Translations under genes and position numbers: made by a program
Notes under the pieces: model-generated
Database searches by the model: none
The model's input: the letters and a program-made list of their open reading frames with translations, nothing else
What the model was told of the DNA's origin: nothing
Shown: positions 39,385 through 54,125 of the stretch, piece after piece
How the letters are laid out: every line of letters starts with the position of its first letter
Position numbering within the stretch: the stretch's first letter is position 1
Assembly (NCBI RefSeq): GCF_006345805.1
Contig: NC_042998.1
Location: forward strand, 68,696,001-68,760,000
Source: Octopus sinensis
Lineage: Eukaryota
DNA length: 64,000 nt
Direction of reading: 5' to 3'

Positions 39385-39944
39385 GCATATACATATATAT
39401 ATATTTATACGTGTGTATGTCTGTGTGTGTGTGTGTGCACGCGAGCGTGTGTGCATGTGTGTGTGCGAGTGTGTGCGTGCGTCTTCTCTACCACGTGCAT
39501 ATATGGAATCAACTGTTGTCGCTGTTTTACCAAATTATCCACGTGACCTCAATTGACGAATGGAAGCCCGAACATGCCCCTCTGGAAGCCATTTTAAAAT
39601 TCTTTTTACATTCTTTTCTCTCCGACTCTGTACATCGCATATCTCTGCAGGTGCATATCTGCGCCAACGAAACTTTAAGCAATGTGGAGCTGAATCAACC
39701 AGTTTATACATATATATGTATTTATACATTAAAATATTTATAAACTCCATCCATGGATTATTATTATTATAACTATATCATAAATACATATACATAGATA
39801 CACACACTCACACACACATATATGTCATAAATACGTACAATACATACACATACATACACACATACATACATACATACATACATACATACATACATACATA
39901 CATACATACATACATACATACATACATACATACATACATACATA

Positions 39945-40758
39945 CATGGTGCGGTGAATAAAATGTTTACATTATGCGAAAATGAAAATAACAGTGACAT
40001 TTCATTTTAACAGATATATCTACCAAAATTGCATAAAAATATCTTGAAGTACTAAAGAGTAAATTTATTTAATAAAATCGCCATTGGATTCAACCACAGC
40101 CTCCGGGCGACATCGGAATCTCCTATAACTCTTATGGATGGTCTTCTTGTTTAAGTTGGTGAATGCTGCCATAATCTTTGCCATCAGTTCATCTTTGGTA
40201 TTATAAGGAGTTTTGTTGGTCTCTCGCACAGCTGTGCCCCATACATAATATTAAAGGAGTTGCAGTCTAGGGAGTTAGGTGGCCAGATGTTAGGGCTGAT
40301 ATAGTCGCAGAAATAGTCTGATAGCCATGACTGGGTTCTCCTGCTTCTGCGGCATGGTGCAGAGTCTTGTTGCCAGACATAGGGTCTTCCAACAACCACC
40401 CGCTTGACCCAGAGCAGCACTACCTTCTCAGCCACTTGATGTAGGCCTCCGTGGGAAGAGGAATGGATGCATAGCTTTGCCATCGCTAGTGATCACTCCA
40501 AACACCATGATGTTGACCGAATGTTTGATTTTTAATCACTCTCGGCACATGTCCTCAGATTGACACCCAAACGTTCTGAAATATTCATATTGGTGCTTCC
40601 GGCGTGTTCTAGCAGAATGAATTGAGTCATGGTGCTGTTTTTCTCACAGACAGTACCCATCTGACCCTACTATACTGTGTAGTGGATAAAATCAAAAACA
40701 ATGCGCATGTGCGAAATAAAAATATATAAAATGGCGACAATTTAACCATCGCACCATG
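39945..40758 (-). mobile_element. Internally deleted Tc1/mariner (maT/DD37D-like) element
   Basis: TIRs CATGGTGCG...CGCACCATG flanked by TA. Peptide YVWQQDSAPC...TQSWL...IWPPNSLDCN resembles the QQDSAPAH and WPPxSPDLNP motifs. Confidence 0.8.
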
Positions 40759-40773
40759 TATGTATTATGTATG

Positions 40774-40807
<34 letters not shown>

Positions 40808-41029
40808 TGTATGTATGTATAAGCTATGCCTAAAATAGGCATTCCACATATTAAAACACAACTCATCGACACTACTAAATAAATATAAGGAGGCCTTCAA
40901 CCACCGCCTTTTTCATAACTTCAAATTTTACTACAAATCTAAATGCAACCTAAATAACCACACAGCATATATCCACAACACTCCTTAGGTAATCCCCAAC
41001 AACCCTACTTAACTTTCCTTTATTATTCT

Positions 41030-41249
41030 TTTATTCTTTTGTTTGTTTCAGTTATTAGACTGTACCCATGCTGGAGCACAGCCTTTAGTTTGTAAATCGA
41101 CCCCAGGACTTATTCTTTGTAAGCCTAGTACTTATTCTATCGGCCTCTTTGGCCGAGCCGCTAAATTACGGGGACGTAAACACACCAGCATCGGTTGTCA
41201 AGCGATGGTGGGCGGACAAACACAGGCACACAAACATATACACACATAC

Positions 41250-41296
<47 letters not shown>

Positions 41297-41527
41297 TGTA
41301 TGTATGTATGTATGTATGTATGTATGTATGTATGAATGTATGTATATTTAATTATATATATATACGACGGTCTTCTTTCAGTTTCCGTCTACCAAATCCA
41401 CTCACAAGGCTTTGGTCGACCCGAGGCTAAAGAAGAAGACACTTGTTCAAGGTGCCACGCAGTGGGACTAAACCCGGAACTATGTGGTTGGTAAGCAAGC
41501 TACTTACCACACAGCCACCCCTGCGCT
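41030..41527 (-). mobile_element. SINE S1, full length
   Basis: Both halves with internal (TATG)n. Confidence 0.9.
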
Positions 41528-42195
41528 TCCATTTTAATTTTTAATCTTTAATATTTTAACTCCCCTATCTCACTTTAAGGATCTCAATCATATCACACTT
41601 ATTCACATATCTCACATTTATTCACTCCTTACCTTCTCATCTCTTCTTATCCTTCCCCCGCTGCTCTCCCATCTTCCACTCACATTATCTTGACCAACAA
41701 CTAACACTCCTTTTTTCACTTCTTTCACTCTTTCTTCGCTTTTTTCTTTATTTTTCATTTTTGTCTCTTTCTTTTTTCTCTAATTCTTTTCTCTTCCTGT
41801 TTTCAATTTGACTAATCTCCTCATTCTAATCATACACATTTTCACTCACCCACCCACCCATCTATCCACATATACTACCAATACATTCTCAAATTTTAAT
41901 TCACACTGCAAAACCCTTTCGAATGAGCAACACAGACTCCACGGCTCCATACTTTGAAATGACTAAACATGAACTACTATTGGAACTTACATACCAGTAC
42001 AGGAAACTTTTTTACCACTTCTATACACCACTTTCCTCGAAAAATGGAACTGCAACTACAATACCTTTATATATTTTATATCTTATTTCTACTTTCATTT
42101 TTTTATTTCCCTCTATATTCTCTCTCTCCTCCTTTTCCAGTATAATTCCTTATTTCGAACTCAAATATTTACCCCTATTTAACCATCTCACATCG

Positions 42196-42242
42196 TCTCT
42201 GATGAAGGGATATCCATAATATCCCAGAAACAGCTGTAAGAG
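42196..42242 (+). ncRNA. Minimal type I hammerhead ribozyme motif
   Basis: tct-CTGATGA-a-GGGATAT-ccata-ATATCCC-a-GAAA-CAGCTG-TA-aga: palindromic helix III, GUA cleavage triplet, 3-bp helix I and an A.A mismatch at the base of helix II. Confidence 0.6.
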
Positions 42243-42308
42243 TATATATCTTTCCTTATAAATATTCTAAAAACTCCTCACATCCTTAGCTTGTTATCTT
42301 ATTTTGTG

Positions 42309-42390
<82 letters not shown>

Positions 42391-42397
42391 ATATATA

Positions 42398-42449
<52 letters not shown>

Positions 42450-42700
42450 CAAAAATAAGGGTGAAAAAATTAGATATTAATTTAGTAACATCAATTTAAC
42501 ACCAAGTGATTTAGCGCATAAAAACTGGGATTCAATAAATATTAATACACAAATATAAGAGAGAATCCACTATGTGGACGCTCTTGAGCTAAAAATAGAT
42601 CCGCAATGGTCTCAACCACCAAGAATTGTTCTCAAGGAAAATTAGCACAACTATGAACGTAAGCGAGCAGGACAAATGAAAAATAACAAAAATGTAGATT

Positions 42701-42779
42701 AACCCTAGACAATTGTTTCACTGTTAATAGATTATGCAATTTTACTTACACAATAAATCCAAAGCTCATCAGTAGGATT
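42701..42779 (-). ncRNA. Hammerhead ribozyme, - strand copy
   Basis: Reverse complement of the 43401-43479 motif. Confidence 0.8.
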
Positions 42780-43400
42780 CGTCATGAATATAATTTGCTG
42801 AACTGCACGCCAGATTTTAACACAAAGTCAAACATACGAGTAGTTCAGCCTATTATATTCGCAATTATGATTCAAATGCCTCGTTATAGCGCGCCAAAAT
42901 TGCCGGAAACAAATACTGCATAAATAATTTACTGCAGTATAATTAAAATCAAAAATAAGGATGAAAAAATTGGATATTAATCTACATTTTTGTTATTTTT
43001 CATTTGTCCTGCTCGCTTACGTTCATAGTTGTGCTAATTTTCCTTGAGAACAATTCTTGGTGGTTGAGACCATTGCGGATCTATTTTTAACTCAAGAGCG
43101 TCCACATAGTGGATTCTCTCTTATATTTGTGTATTAATATTTACTGAATCCCAGTTTTTATGCGCTAAACTACTTGGTGTTAAATTGATGTTACTAAATT
43201 AATATCTAATTTTTTCACCCTTATTTTTGATTTTAATTATACTGCAGTAAATTATTTATGCAGTATTTGTTTCCGGCAATTTTGGCGCGCTATAACGAGG
43301 GCATTTGAATCATAACTGCGAATATAATAGGCTAAACTACTCGTGTGTTTGACTTTGTGTTAAAATCTGGCGTGCAGTTCAGCAAATTATATTCATGACG

Positions 43401-43479
43401 AATCCTACTGATGAGCTTTGGATTTATTGTGTAAGTAAAATTGCATAATCTATTAACAGTGAAACAATTGTCTAGGGTT
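43401..43479 (+). ncRNA. Type I hammerhead ribozyme with intact core
   Basis: AATCCTA-CTGATGA-(46-nt helix II region)-GAAA-CAATTG-TC^TAGGGTT: 7-bp helix I (one G-U), palindromic helix III and a GUC triplet with predicted cut after 43472. Confidence 0.82.
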
Positions 43480-43628
43480 AATCTACATTTTTGTTATTTT
43501 TCATTTGTCCTGCTCGCTTACGTTCATAGTTGTGCTAATTTTCCTTGAGAACAATTCTTGGTGGTTGAGACCATTGCGGATCTATTTTTAGCTCAAGAGC
43601 ATCCACATAGTGGATTCTCTCTTATATT

Positions 43629-43731
<103 letters not shown>

Positions 43732-44811
43732 TATATATATAAAGGAAAGAAATAATAGAGTAAAAAATAAAAGGGAGTATGATTCGACAGCTGTTTAATG
43801 ACCACTACACATGGTTCGATGCAACATAGATATAGGATTTAAATTTAAATTTAGCAACGGTTTACCTTATAATAGGACCTAATAGGAATGCCTGAGCCTA
43901 GAATTGGTAGTATACCATAATACTACCAGGTATCTGGTAATTCTGAGGGTGAAGGTGCTCTATTTTGTACTCTAATGCGTTCTTAATGGAATACACCTCA
44001 GATATATATATATATATAAAGAGAAGAAAATGAGAGATGTATGTATTTGTATATACTTCTCGCTTATGCACAATGAAAATCACTCAGATGTCATTGGTCG
44101 GCCCAGTGTAAAGACTCCAACGTGTTCCCCATTTCAAGTTACCCCCGATAATCTTAAATAAATTTCAAATTACCCTCGGCGATAACATTAACCCAGTTTC
44201 AAATTACTCATGTGTTACTTTCATTACCTATCCTCTCTGATTGCACAAGGATTATAAATTGTAACGCTTATTAATATAAATTCAAGATTGTAAGCTAACC
44301 TTCAAAATGTGAAAATAATTAAAAAAATATTGGATTTTTAAACATTCCCTAACATATTTTATGATGCTTTTTAAAAAAGACACTTTAAACATCAAAGATT
44401 CTGACTCTCCAGTTTTTAAAGATATAAACATCGAATTCTTCTTTTTTTTTTTATCTTTAACGAGAAACTGGTTTCATTTAGAGGATTGACAACTGCATTA
44501 CTTCTTTTTTCCCCCAAATATATTTCGTTCGTATTTGAAGTTCGTAAATATACATTTTGTTGTATTTGATTTCATTTGACATCATTAGTTTTTGTCACTT
44601 TCTGTTAACTTAAATCTGTAATTTCTGTTCGAATTTATTAAAGATTAAAATATAATTACAAATATATTTATACATTTATACATTTAAATGAAATCGAAAT
44701 ATTATACAAAGCTTGATATGTGACAATACACATGCGATTTAAATGTAAGCGAAATATATTTACATGCAAAAAATATATTAATAGACTTTAAATACGAACA
44801 ATATGCGTGTG

Positions 44812-44923
<112 letters not shown>

Positions 44924-45002
44924 TACATACACACACACATACACATATATATATACACTCATACATACATACAGGCTACTGGTTACTGCATTCATATACC
45001 AC

Positions 45003-45290
45003 AGATGCAGGAGTGGCTGTGTGTAAGAAGCTTGCTTCCTAACCAGAGAGTGCCAGGTTCAGTCCCACTGCGTGGCACCTTGTGCAAGTGTCTTCTACTA
45101 TAGCCTCGGATCAACCATTGCTTGACAACTGATGCTGGTATGTTTACGCCCCTATAACTTAGCGGTTCGGTAAAAGAGACTGATAGAATAATTACTAGAC
45201 TTACAAAGAATAAGCCCTGGGGTCGATTAGTTCGATTAATGGTGGTGCTCCAGCATGGCCGCAGTCAAATGACTGAAAGATGTAAAAGAA
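45003..45290 (+). mobile_element. SINE S1 with internal deletion
   Basis: Head joined directly to the 3' half. Confidence 0.85.
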
Positions 45291-45504
45291 TATATACGTA
45301 ATTCACACACACAAAACAGACTACATACGCATGTCCCTAACGCATAAACAGAAATCGCTCAAATTCTTCTTAGCTCAAAGTACCGCGCTGTGGAACTGAA
45401 CGTGAAACCATATGTTTGCCAAGCGAAGTTGTAAACCACACAGCTACGCTTACGCCAATGTATATATTACTTTATAGTTTATATTGCAATTTATGTACAT
45501 TAGC

Positions 45505-45885
45505 AAGGCGGCGAGCTGGCAGAAACGTTAGCTCACCGGGTGAAATGCGTAGCCGTATTTCGTCTGCCGTTACGTTCTGAGTTCAAATTCCGCCGAGGTC
45601 GACTTTGCCTTTCATCCTTTTGGGGGTCGAAAAATTAAGTACCAGTTACGCACTGGAGTCGATATAATCGACTTAATCCGTTTGTCTGTCCTTGTTGGTC
45701 CTCTCTGTGTTTAGCCCCTTGTGGATAGTAAAGAAATAGGTATTTCGTCTGTCTTTACATTCTGAGTTCAAATTCTGCCGATTCGATTTTGCCTTTCATC
45801 CTTTCGGGGTCGATAAATTTAGTACCAGTTACGTACTGGACCCTTCCCAAAAATTTCGGGCCTTGTGCCTAGAGTAAAAAAGAAT
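45505..45885 (+). mobile_element. SINE S2, two-unit copy
   Basis: GGCGGCGAGCTGGCAGAAACGTTAG head, two cores and AATTTCGGGCCTTGTGCC tail. Confidence 0.9.
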
Positions 45886-46035
45886 TAGTCTGGTTGGACA
45901 CAGGCTACTGGTTCACTGCATTCATAATGGCGATATTGACAAGGGAGCATCTGTATCATTTGGATGGAACAAATATCTCAAAGTACTTTGTTTTAACATA
46001 CATACATACATACATACATACATACATACAAACTT

Positions 46036-46528
46036 AAGCGCAGGCGTGGCTGTGTGGTAAGAAGCTTGCTTCCCAACCACATGGTTCGGGGTTCAGTCCT
46101 GTTGCGTAACACCTTTGGCAAGTGTCTTCTACTATAGTCTCGGAATGGCCAAAGTCCTGTTTCAGTCATTACACTGCGGCCAATCTAGAGCACCGCATTG
46201 AATAATTTTAGTCGAATGAATCGACTCCAGTATTCATTTTATAAAAGTCTGGTACTTACTCAACACTTTTTTGCCGAACCGCTAAGTTACAAGGCGTAAA
46301 CACACCAGCACAGGCTGTCAAGCGGTGGTAGGGACACACACACACACGCGGAGATATATATTTATATACACGAGGGGCTTCTTTCAGTTTCTGTCTACCA
46401 AATCCACTCCCAAAGCTTTGGTCAGCCCGAGGCTATAGTAGAAGACACTTGTCCAAGGTGCCACGCAGCGGGACTGAATCCAGAACAATGTGGTTGGGAA
46501 ATAAACTTCTTACCACGCAGCCACGCCT
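46036..46528. mobile_element. Convergent SINE S1 pair: + head (46036-46145) and - copy (46160-46528)
   Basis: Two copies of the head in opposite orientation. Confidence 0.85.
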
Positions 46529-46559
46529 GATGAGAAATACAAAAAATTAAAATAGGAAC

Positions 46560-46772
46560 ATACCCATACATACATACATGCAAACAAACATCAAATATAC
46601 CCTTCTCTAGGTGTTGAAATTCCAATGAAGAAACCTCGAATCTAGGTTAGAAACCAGTTCTTTCTCTATTGGCAAGAAATCTTGAAATAAACTAAATAAT
46701 GATATACATACATACATACATACATACATACATACATACATACATACATACATACATACATACATACATACA

Positions 46773-46803
<31 letters not shown>

Positions 46804-47397
46804 GTAACACACTGCCTAAATACCAATCTTGAGAAATTACGCTTCTCAAAACCAGAAAGGAGAAATCTAAGACTACAGATCCAATCCATCACTGTAACTG
46901 TAAAAATCTGTAAAACTTTACAGAAGTTTATCATTTAAATATATATGAGCATGTCTAGATATGCAACTATATGCATGAGAATACATACATAAAACAAAAC
47001 ATACAAATCTGCACACATACATGCATACATACATAGAGAGACCGTACATGCATGCATACATACATACATACGTAGAGAGACCGTACATGCATGCATACAC
47101 ACATACATGCATAATACATACATACATACATACATACATACATACATACATACATACATACATACATACATACATACATACATACATACATACACACCTA
47201 CATACAAGTGCAATCTGTGAATGTATCTTTGTTGGAAACTGGCTCCTTCTTCAGTGGAAGATTTATAATAATTAAAATATAGAAGAGACATCCAAACAAA
47301 TATACCCTGTTGCTGATGTTGAAATACCAATGAAAAAGCGTTGGATCTAGGTTAGAAACCAGCTATTTCTCTATTGGCAAGAAATCTTGAAATAAAA
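46560..47397 (+). mobile_element. Two tandem R4/Dong-type LINE 3' ends in (CATA)n arrays
   Basis: The terminus ggcaagaaatcttgaaataaa at about 46690 and 47397 is followed each time by (CATA)n. YVTHCLNTNLEKLRFSKPERR starts right after the CATA array at 46801. Confidence 0.85.
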
Positions 47398-47827
47398 CAT
47401 ACATACATACATACATACATACATACATACATACATACATACCACGCCTAGGAACTTTAATATAAACTTGTTTATCCTTATTTTACCAACATTTCTTCAA
47501 GGCGGTGCCCCAGCTTGGTTGCTACATTGGATTTACTCTCAACCAATCGTTCGTGTGTTAGGCCGCAAATGTAATAAAGAAATTCCTGTTGCTGTTAAGC
47601 CTCAGGTTCATGTTGAGTAGATCAATAATGGTTTCTTATTCCAAGACCAGCAATTTTGAGGAGACGGGCGAAGTCAATAACCATCGATTCCATTACTTGA
47701 CTGGTACATTATACTACTGACTGCCGAACGAATGAAAGGTAAAGTTAACCTCGATGGATTTGAACTCAAATTGTAAAGAGCCTCGAGGAATGCCCCACAG
47801 CTTATTATCCAACGATGATGTACATAC

Positions 47828-48190
47828 AGGCGCAAGCGTCGCTTTGTGGTAAGAATCTTGCTTCCCAACTATATGGTTCTCGGTTTAGTCCCCCTATGTG
47901 GTATCTTTGGCAAGTGTCTTCTACAAAAGCCACGGGTCGACCAAAGCCTTGTGAGCGGATTTGGTAGATGGAAACTGAAAGAAACCTGTCGTATATCTGT
48001 GTGTGTGTGTTTGGGTGTGTGTGTGCATGTATGTGTCTGTGTGTGTATGTTTTTGTTTCTGTGTTTATCCACCACCGCCACTGCTTGACAACCAGTGTCG
48101 GTTTGTTTACGTCCCCGTAACTTAGCGGTTCGTCAAAGGGAAACCACTAGAAAAAAGTACCAGGCTTTGAAAATATAAGTACTGGAGTCG
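47828..48190 (+). mobile_element. SINE S1
   Basis: Head and body present. Confidence 0.85.
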
Positions 48191-48734
48191 ATTCACTCTA
48201 TTAAAAGTAAAAGATACATATTTATTGTTTGTGCGTTCCGATAGATTCGAACATGAATGTGCTAATCACTGTTGTTTTTCGCCACTGGAGAGCAACCTCT
48301 CCTTTCAGACGAAAGTATATTCATAACAAACTTGGTTCATTAGAGTAAGGTGACTTTCAAACACCGGTGTTTCTATTTTTTTGCGTCTCCTCAACCAAAG
48401 CTACCAGGAATTGTCATCGTGCTGTCTTTCGTGCTGTCATCTTTCTGATTCTTGTTGTTCACCGCGCACATGACGATTTATTACATCATCAATCAGTTTT
48501 GATAATTCACAATGATAACAACAACAACAAGTATAATAATGATTTTAAATTTTGGCACAAGGCCAGCAATTTTGGTGCGAGGAGGCAAGCTGGTTACATC
48601 GACACCAGCGCTTGGCTGGTACTTTATTTGATTTGACCTCGGCAGAATTTAGTACTCGGAACGTAAATAGCCTGAAAAAGTACTGAAAGAATTTTCCTTT
48701 TCTGATGATTCTATCAAGCCCTTCTTCCTAGAAG

Positions 48735-49015
48735 TTAGGATGTTGCACTCACTATCACCAGATTGTAGGTTCGATTTCTGGGCGTATAGCCCATTGTCCC
48801 CTTGAGCAAAACACTTCATTTCATGTTGCCCCAGTCAGCTGTAACGGGTCACCCTGGGATGGGGTAACCTTCCGATCAGAGTAGAATGTTGTTCTGCTTG
48901 CCTAGGCAATGGGGTGGTATCATTCGAAGAGCTAAAACGATGCAAAGCGCATTGGGATCAGCGATGTATAACAGCATCCGATAGTTTGATCGATCACTTA
49001 ATCACGTGAATAATA
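48735..49015 (+). mobile_element. SINE S3, single-motif allele
   Basis: Contains one GGTAACCTTCCGATCAGAG. Confidence 0.75.
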
Positions 49016-49111
49016 AGAAACCCAAGGTTTACACAAAACTGACCGTGAGGTGCAACCGAAACACGAAACAAAGGAATATGAATTATTTTAGCCAGGCTTA
49101 AAGGTTGATGT

Positions 49112-49116
49112 TATCG

Positions 49117-49169
<53 letters not shown>

Positions 49170-49765
49170 GCTGCTGCTGCTGTGCTGCTGCTACTGTTGT
49201 TGTTCTTATCGTTGCCATAACTGTTGTTGCTAATGTGTTGCTATTGCTGTTGCTAATATCGTTGTAGGCAGTATAGTCGCCGACATTGTTGTTGTTATTG
49301 TTGTTGGTGGTGGTGCTGATGGTGGTGGTGGTGGTGATGGTGGTGGTAGTGGTTGTGGTGGTGGTGGTTTTGGTTGGTGTGGTAGTTGTGGTGGTGGTGG
49401 TTTTGGTGGTCGCTGGTGTGGCTGTGGTGGTGGTGCTGGTAGAGGCGGCGGTGGCGTTGGTGGTGGTGTTGGTGGCAGTGGTAGTTGTGGTGGTGGTGGT
49501 GGCAGTGGTGGTGGTGATGATGGCGGCGGCGGTGGTGGTTGTTGTTGTTATTGCGGCTGTTGCTATTGTTGCTGTTGTCGATGTTATCGTTGTTGCAGTC
49601 ATTGTCATCGCTGACGTAATCATTGTTGCTATTGCTGCTGCGGCGGCTGTCGCTGCTGCTGCTGCCCCTGCTGCTGCTGCCCCTGCTGCTGCTGCCCCTG
49701 CTGCTGCTGTTGTTGTAGTTATTGTTGTGGCCGACGTTATCATCGTCGTCGTCGTCGTCGTCATT
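49112..49765. repeat. Compound trinucleotide tract (GTT/GCT/GGT) with (GCTGCTGCTGCCCCT)x3
   Basis: Direct inspection; explains the long low-complexity ORFs. Confidence 0.9.
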
Positions 49766-50344
49766 ATTGTCAACTGTTGCCTCTGTAAAAACGATAACGC
49801 CTTCTAAAAGAATGTTTTTGTCATTCAATGAATTGTGCTCAGTTTAAAGTACTGTAAACTTTTTGTTGAAGTACATAACAGGGTGGTATCCACTATGAAC
49901 CGGATGGCAGGGTGTAGAAGAAATTTAACTTATAGAATTACTCGTATATTAACACACGCACACACGCACACACACATATGTATATGCATACATACACATA
50001 TACATACGTGCACACATGCACAATTTCAAGCAGTGGACACAAAACTAAGTCAAGCACATGCAAGCTCACACTCACACATACATACACACATATGTATAAA
50101 TATTGTCATAAGCACACCCATATAGACACATACGTACAACACCCACAAACATATATATATATAGGGCATACACACAGGTTAACACGTTCGGGTATAAAAT
50201 GATACGTACACATGCGTATAAATATATAGAGTTGTGTGCCTGTGTGAGCATTTATGTATCTACCTATCTATCTATATCCACATATATACACATATATATA
50301 TACATATATATATACATATTCGCATGTATATATGCATATATATG

Positions 50345-50421
<77 letters not shown>

Positions 50422-51033
50422 ATATGATTGAACGCCACGCAATCTCTTCCAAGTAAGTTTTATCTATATAATTCTGATGCGCACTCAATACGATCTTTTT
50501 ATTCTTTCGTTTTTCTCTCTCTTATCCTTTTACCTCCTCTTCTCCCACTATTCTTTCCTATTACTCTGTCACTTTCACTCCCTCATTCCTCCTCCCTTGC
50601 TCACGTGGCTCCCACGTGACCATCGGCAATCTTTCTTTCTCTCCGTTGTAGCTGGAACAAGAAAGACGTGTTCTTGTTTGTCTCCAGTCCTAGCTTGATT
50701 TACACGTTCACTACCACAACCTCGTTTAGGCTTAGCAGCCCTTCTTGTTTGTTTTTACTGTCCTGTTTGTGTTACCTATTTTGACCCTCCACAAAATCCC
50801 AAATTTTATTTAATTTGCTTTGCGGGAGCAACTGTTTCATCGAAAGCATATATTGTTATTAAATGCTCGAAATGAAAGACTAGAAAAGTAGCCAACAACT
50901 GACGAAGGGTCATTTTTTATGTTTGTTTTGTTTTCCATTTGTGTCTTTCGTTGTTCGAAAGAATAGTTCATGTTCCACGTATTCGTGCTTCGTACTTTTT
51001 TGTTGTAAATGTTTCATGACGTCCTGTGCCCAC

Positions 51034-51102
<69 letters not shown>

Positions 51103-51463
51103 GTACAGATGTAAGTAGGTACATATACGTATGTATATACGCTTATATATATATTATTTATATCATATATATACATATATATATGTATGTATTATGTATA
51201 TACATGTATATATATATATATATATGTATGTATATGTATATATATGTGCGTATATATATGTATATATATGTATATACATATATATGTATGTGTGTATGTA
51301 TACATATATATATATGTGTGTATGTATATATATATATATGTGTGTATGTGTGTATATATATATACACATATATTTATCTATCTATCTGTCTGACTGTCTG
51401 TCGACACAGCCAGACAGACAGATAGGCAGACAGACAGATAGACAGACGGACGGAAGGACGGAC

Positions 51464-51535
<72 letters not shown>

Positions 51536-51718
51536 TCTTACGCAGGCGCAAGCCTGCAAAAGTCTACATATAAAATGTGAAATCTTAAATTAAGAGTTAA
51601 ATACGTTAAATTTATTTTAGTAATAAAATATAGATTTGACATGGCGAGAAAGCATCTGATAGCTAGATAATCACTTGGGAATATGGGTGTAAGAGCTGAA
51701 AGATTGCATTATTTGTCA

Positions 51719-51719
51719 T

Positions 51720-51758
<39 letters not shown>

Positions 51759-51814
51759 GTGAGGAGGAGGAGGATAACGACGACGGCGACGATGATGATG
51801 ATGGTGATGATGAC

Positions 51815-51845
<31 letters not shown>

Positions 51846-51940
51846 GTGAGGATGATGATGATAATGATGATAGTGATGGCGATGATGGTGGTGGTGATGG
51901 TGGTGGTGGTGGTGGTGGTGGTGATGATGATGATGATGAT
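51719..51940. repeat. (GAT)n/(GGT)n tract
   Basis: Direct inspection. Confidence 0.95.
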
Positions 51941-52430
51941 CTTTTCTTTATTGGTCACAAGAGCCGAACACAAAACAAAAAGAAACAATACAAAACACAG
52001 GACAAGTGAGATTTAGCACAAAGATTCGTGTATACAATAGAAACAATAACAAGTAACAATAAAAATCAAAGAATAAAAATCCCCCCAAAAGCAGGGTGTT
52101 CCTCCCGCGTCCAACCACCAAAAGCACCTCAAGAAGACACCACTTTCCTCCTCAGCTCCTCCGGCCTACAAGCGCATATGTTTAGAGTAAGCCTGTATGA
52201 ACGGGCTATCCTCAACACATTCGCCCACCTTTTAACGAAGGCCTTGAGGGTCGGCATTTCCTTTTCCATCCTCACTTTCTTCTTCAAGTGAAATTCATAA
52301 AAGTTGATGCGGGTTTGACTGAAGAGGAAAGTGTTTGTTTTCAGCCCTTTCAACCTCGTCCGTCCTCGACACTTACATCCTTCGCCATAGCCACCAGACA
52401 GAAGTAAACAGCCTTCCCTTCCCGGTCGAA
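51941..52430 (-). mobile_element. Tx1/L1-type LINE 3' end
   Basis: GLKTNTFLFSQTRINFYEFHLKKKVRMEKEMPTLKAFVKRWANV (ORF2 C-terminal pattern, recognised from memory); AATAAA at 51947-51952 on the - strand followed by (ATC)n. Confidence 0.6.
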
Positions 52431-52436
52431 AGAAAA

Positions 52437-52520
<84 letters not shown>

Positions 52521-52521
<1 letters not shown>

Positions 52522-53119
52522 TGGTCTCCAAGTGCAGTCTTCTAGCGCCTACAGAGTATCTCAACAGGCACGATAAACTGCACAATATATTCACTGGGTA
52601 ATCTGCAAAAACCTGGATTTGCCCCATGAAAAAAACTGGTGGGAACACAAACCACCCCCAGTGCTTGAAAATGACCACATCTCACTCCTCTGGAACTTCA
52701 CCATTCAAACTGACAGAAAGATAGATGCAAATAGGCCAGACATCATATTGAAAGACTTCAAACAAAGAACATGCCTCCTCATTGATATGACTGTCCCAAT
52801 CGATATAAACGTATCTGTCAAGACCTACCAAAAACTGAGCAAATATAAAGATCTTGAAATAGAAATCAGCAAAATGTGGAACCTGAAGACTAAAACAACA
52901 CCTGTTGTCATAGGTGCCCTGGGAATGATAGCAAAAGGGGCTGATAGCTACCTAACTCAGATACCAGGAAACCCAAAAATGGCAGAAATTCAAAAGATAG
53001 TGCTCATGGGAACTGCTCATATCCTACGCAAAATACTTTCTATGTAATCTCAAGGTTTCTTGAGGTCTCCGGGTGAGACTTGGAGCCAACTTGTACAAAT
53101 ATAAAGCAAAAGTCAAACA

Positions 53120-53120
<1 letters not shown>
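52521..53120 (+). mobile_element. R4/Dong-clade LINE zinc knuckle plus RLE domain, flanked by (AAT)n
   Basis: VVSKCSLLAPTEYLNRHD...WNFTIQTDRKIDANRPDII...LIDMTVP...KLSKYKDL...PVVIGALG: a PD-(D/E)xK restriction-like endonuclease. Confidence 0.92.

Positions 53121-54125
<1,005 letters not shown>

Larger units (their letters stand above)
40830..42300 (+). mobile_element. Degraded Penelope-like 3' region (interrupted by a SINE at 41030-41527) ending in an HHR motif
   Basis: Weak PLE-like peptide KTLSNEQHRLH near 41.9 kb and a clear HHR motif at 42196-42242. Confidence 0.5.

Noticed and set aside
43905-43928. 9-bp hairpin TGGTAGTAT/ATACTACCA with a loop like the 42.2 kb HHR helix II
   Set aside because: No CUGANGA or GAAA core around it on either strand.
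44125-44215. Three TTTCAA(A/G)TTAC motifs about 32 bp apart
   Set aside because: Too short and degenerate; the spacers are related to each other, so this is a decayed tandem repeat.
49111-49828. 170-220 aa Thr/Ala/Gln-, Val- or His-rich ORFs (mucin- or antifreeze-like)
   Set aside because: Compound triplet microsatellite open in several frames on both strands; no splice or complexity support.
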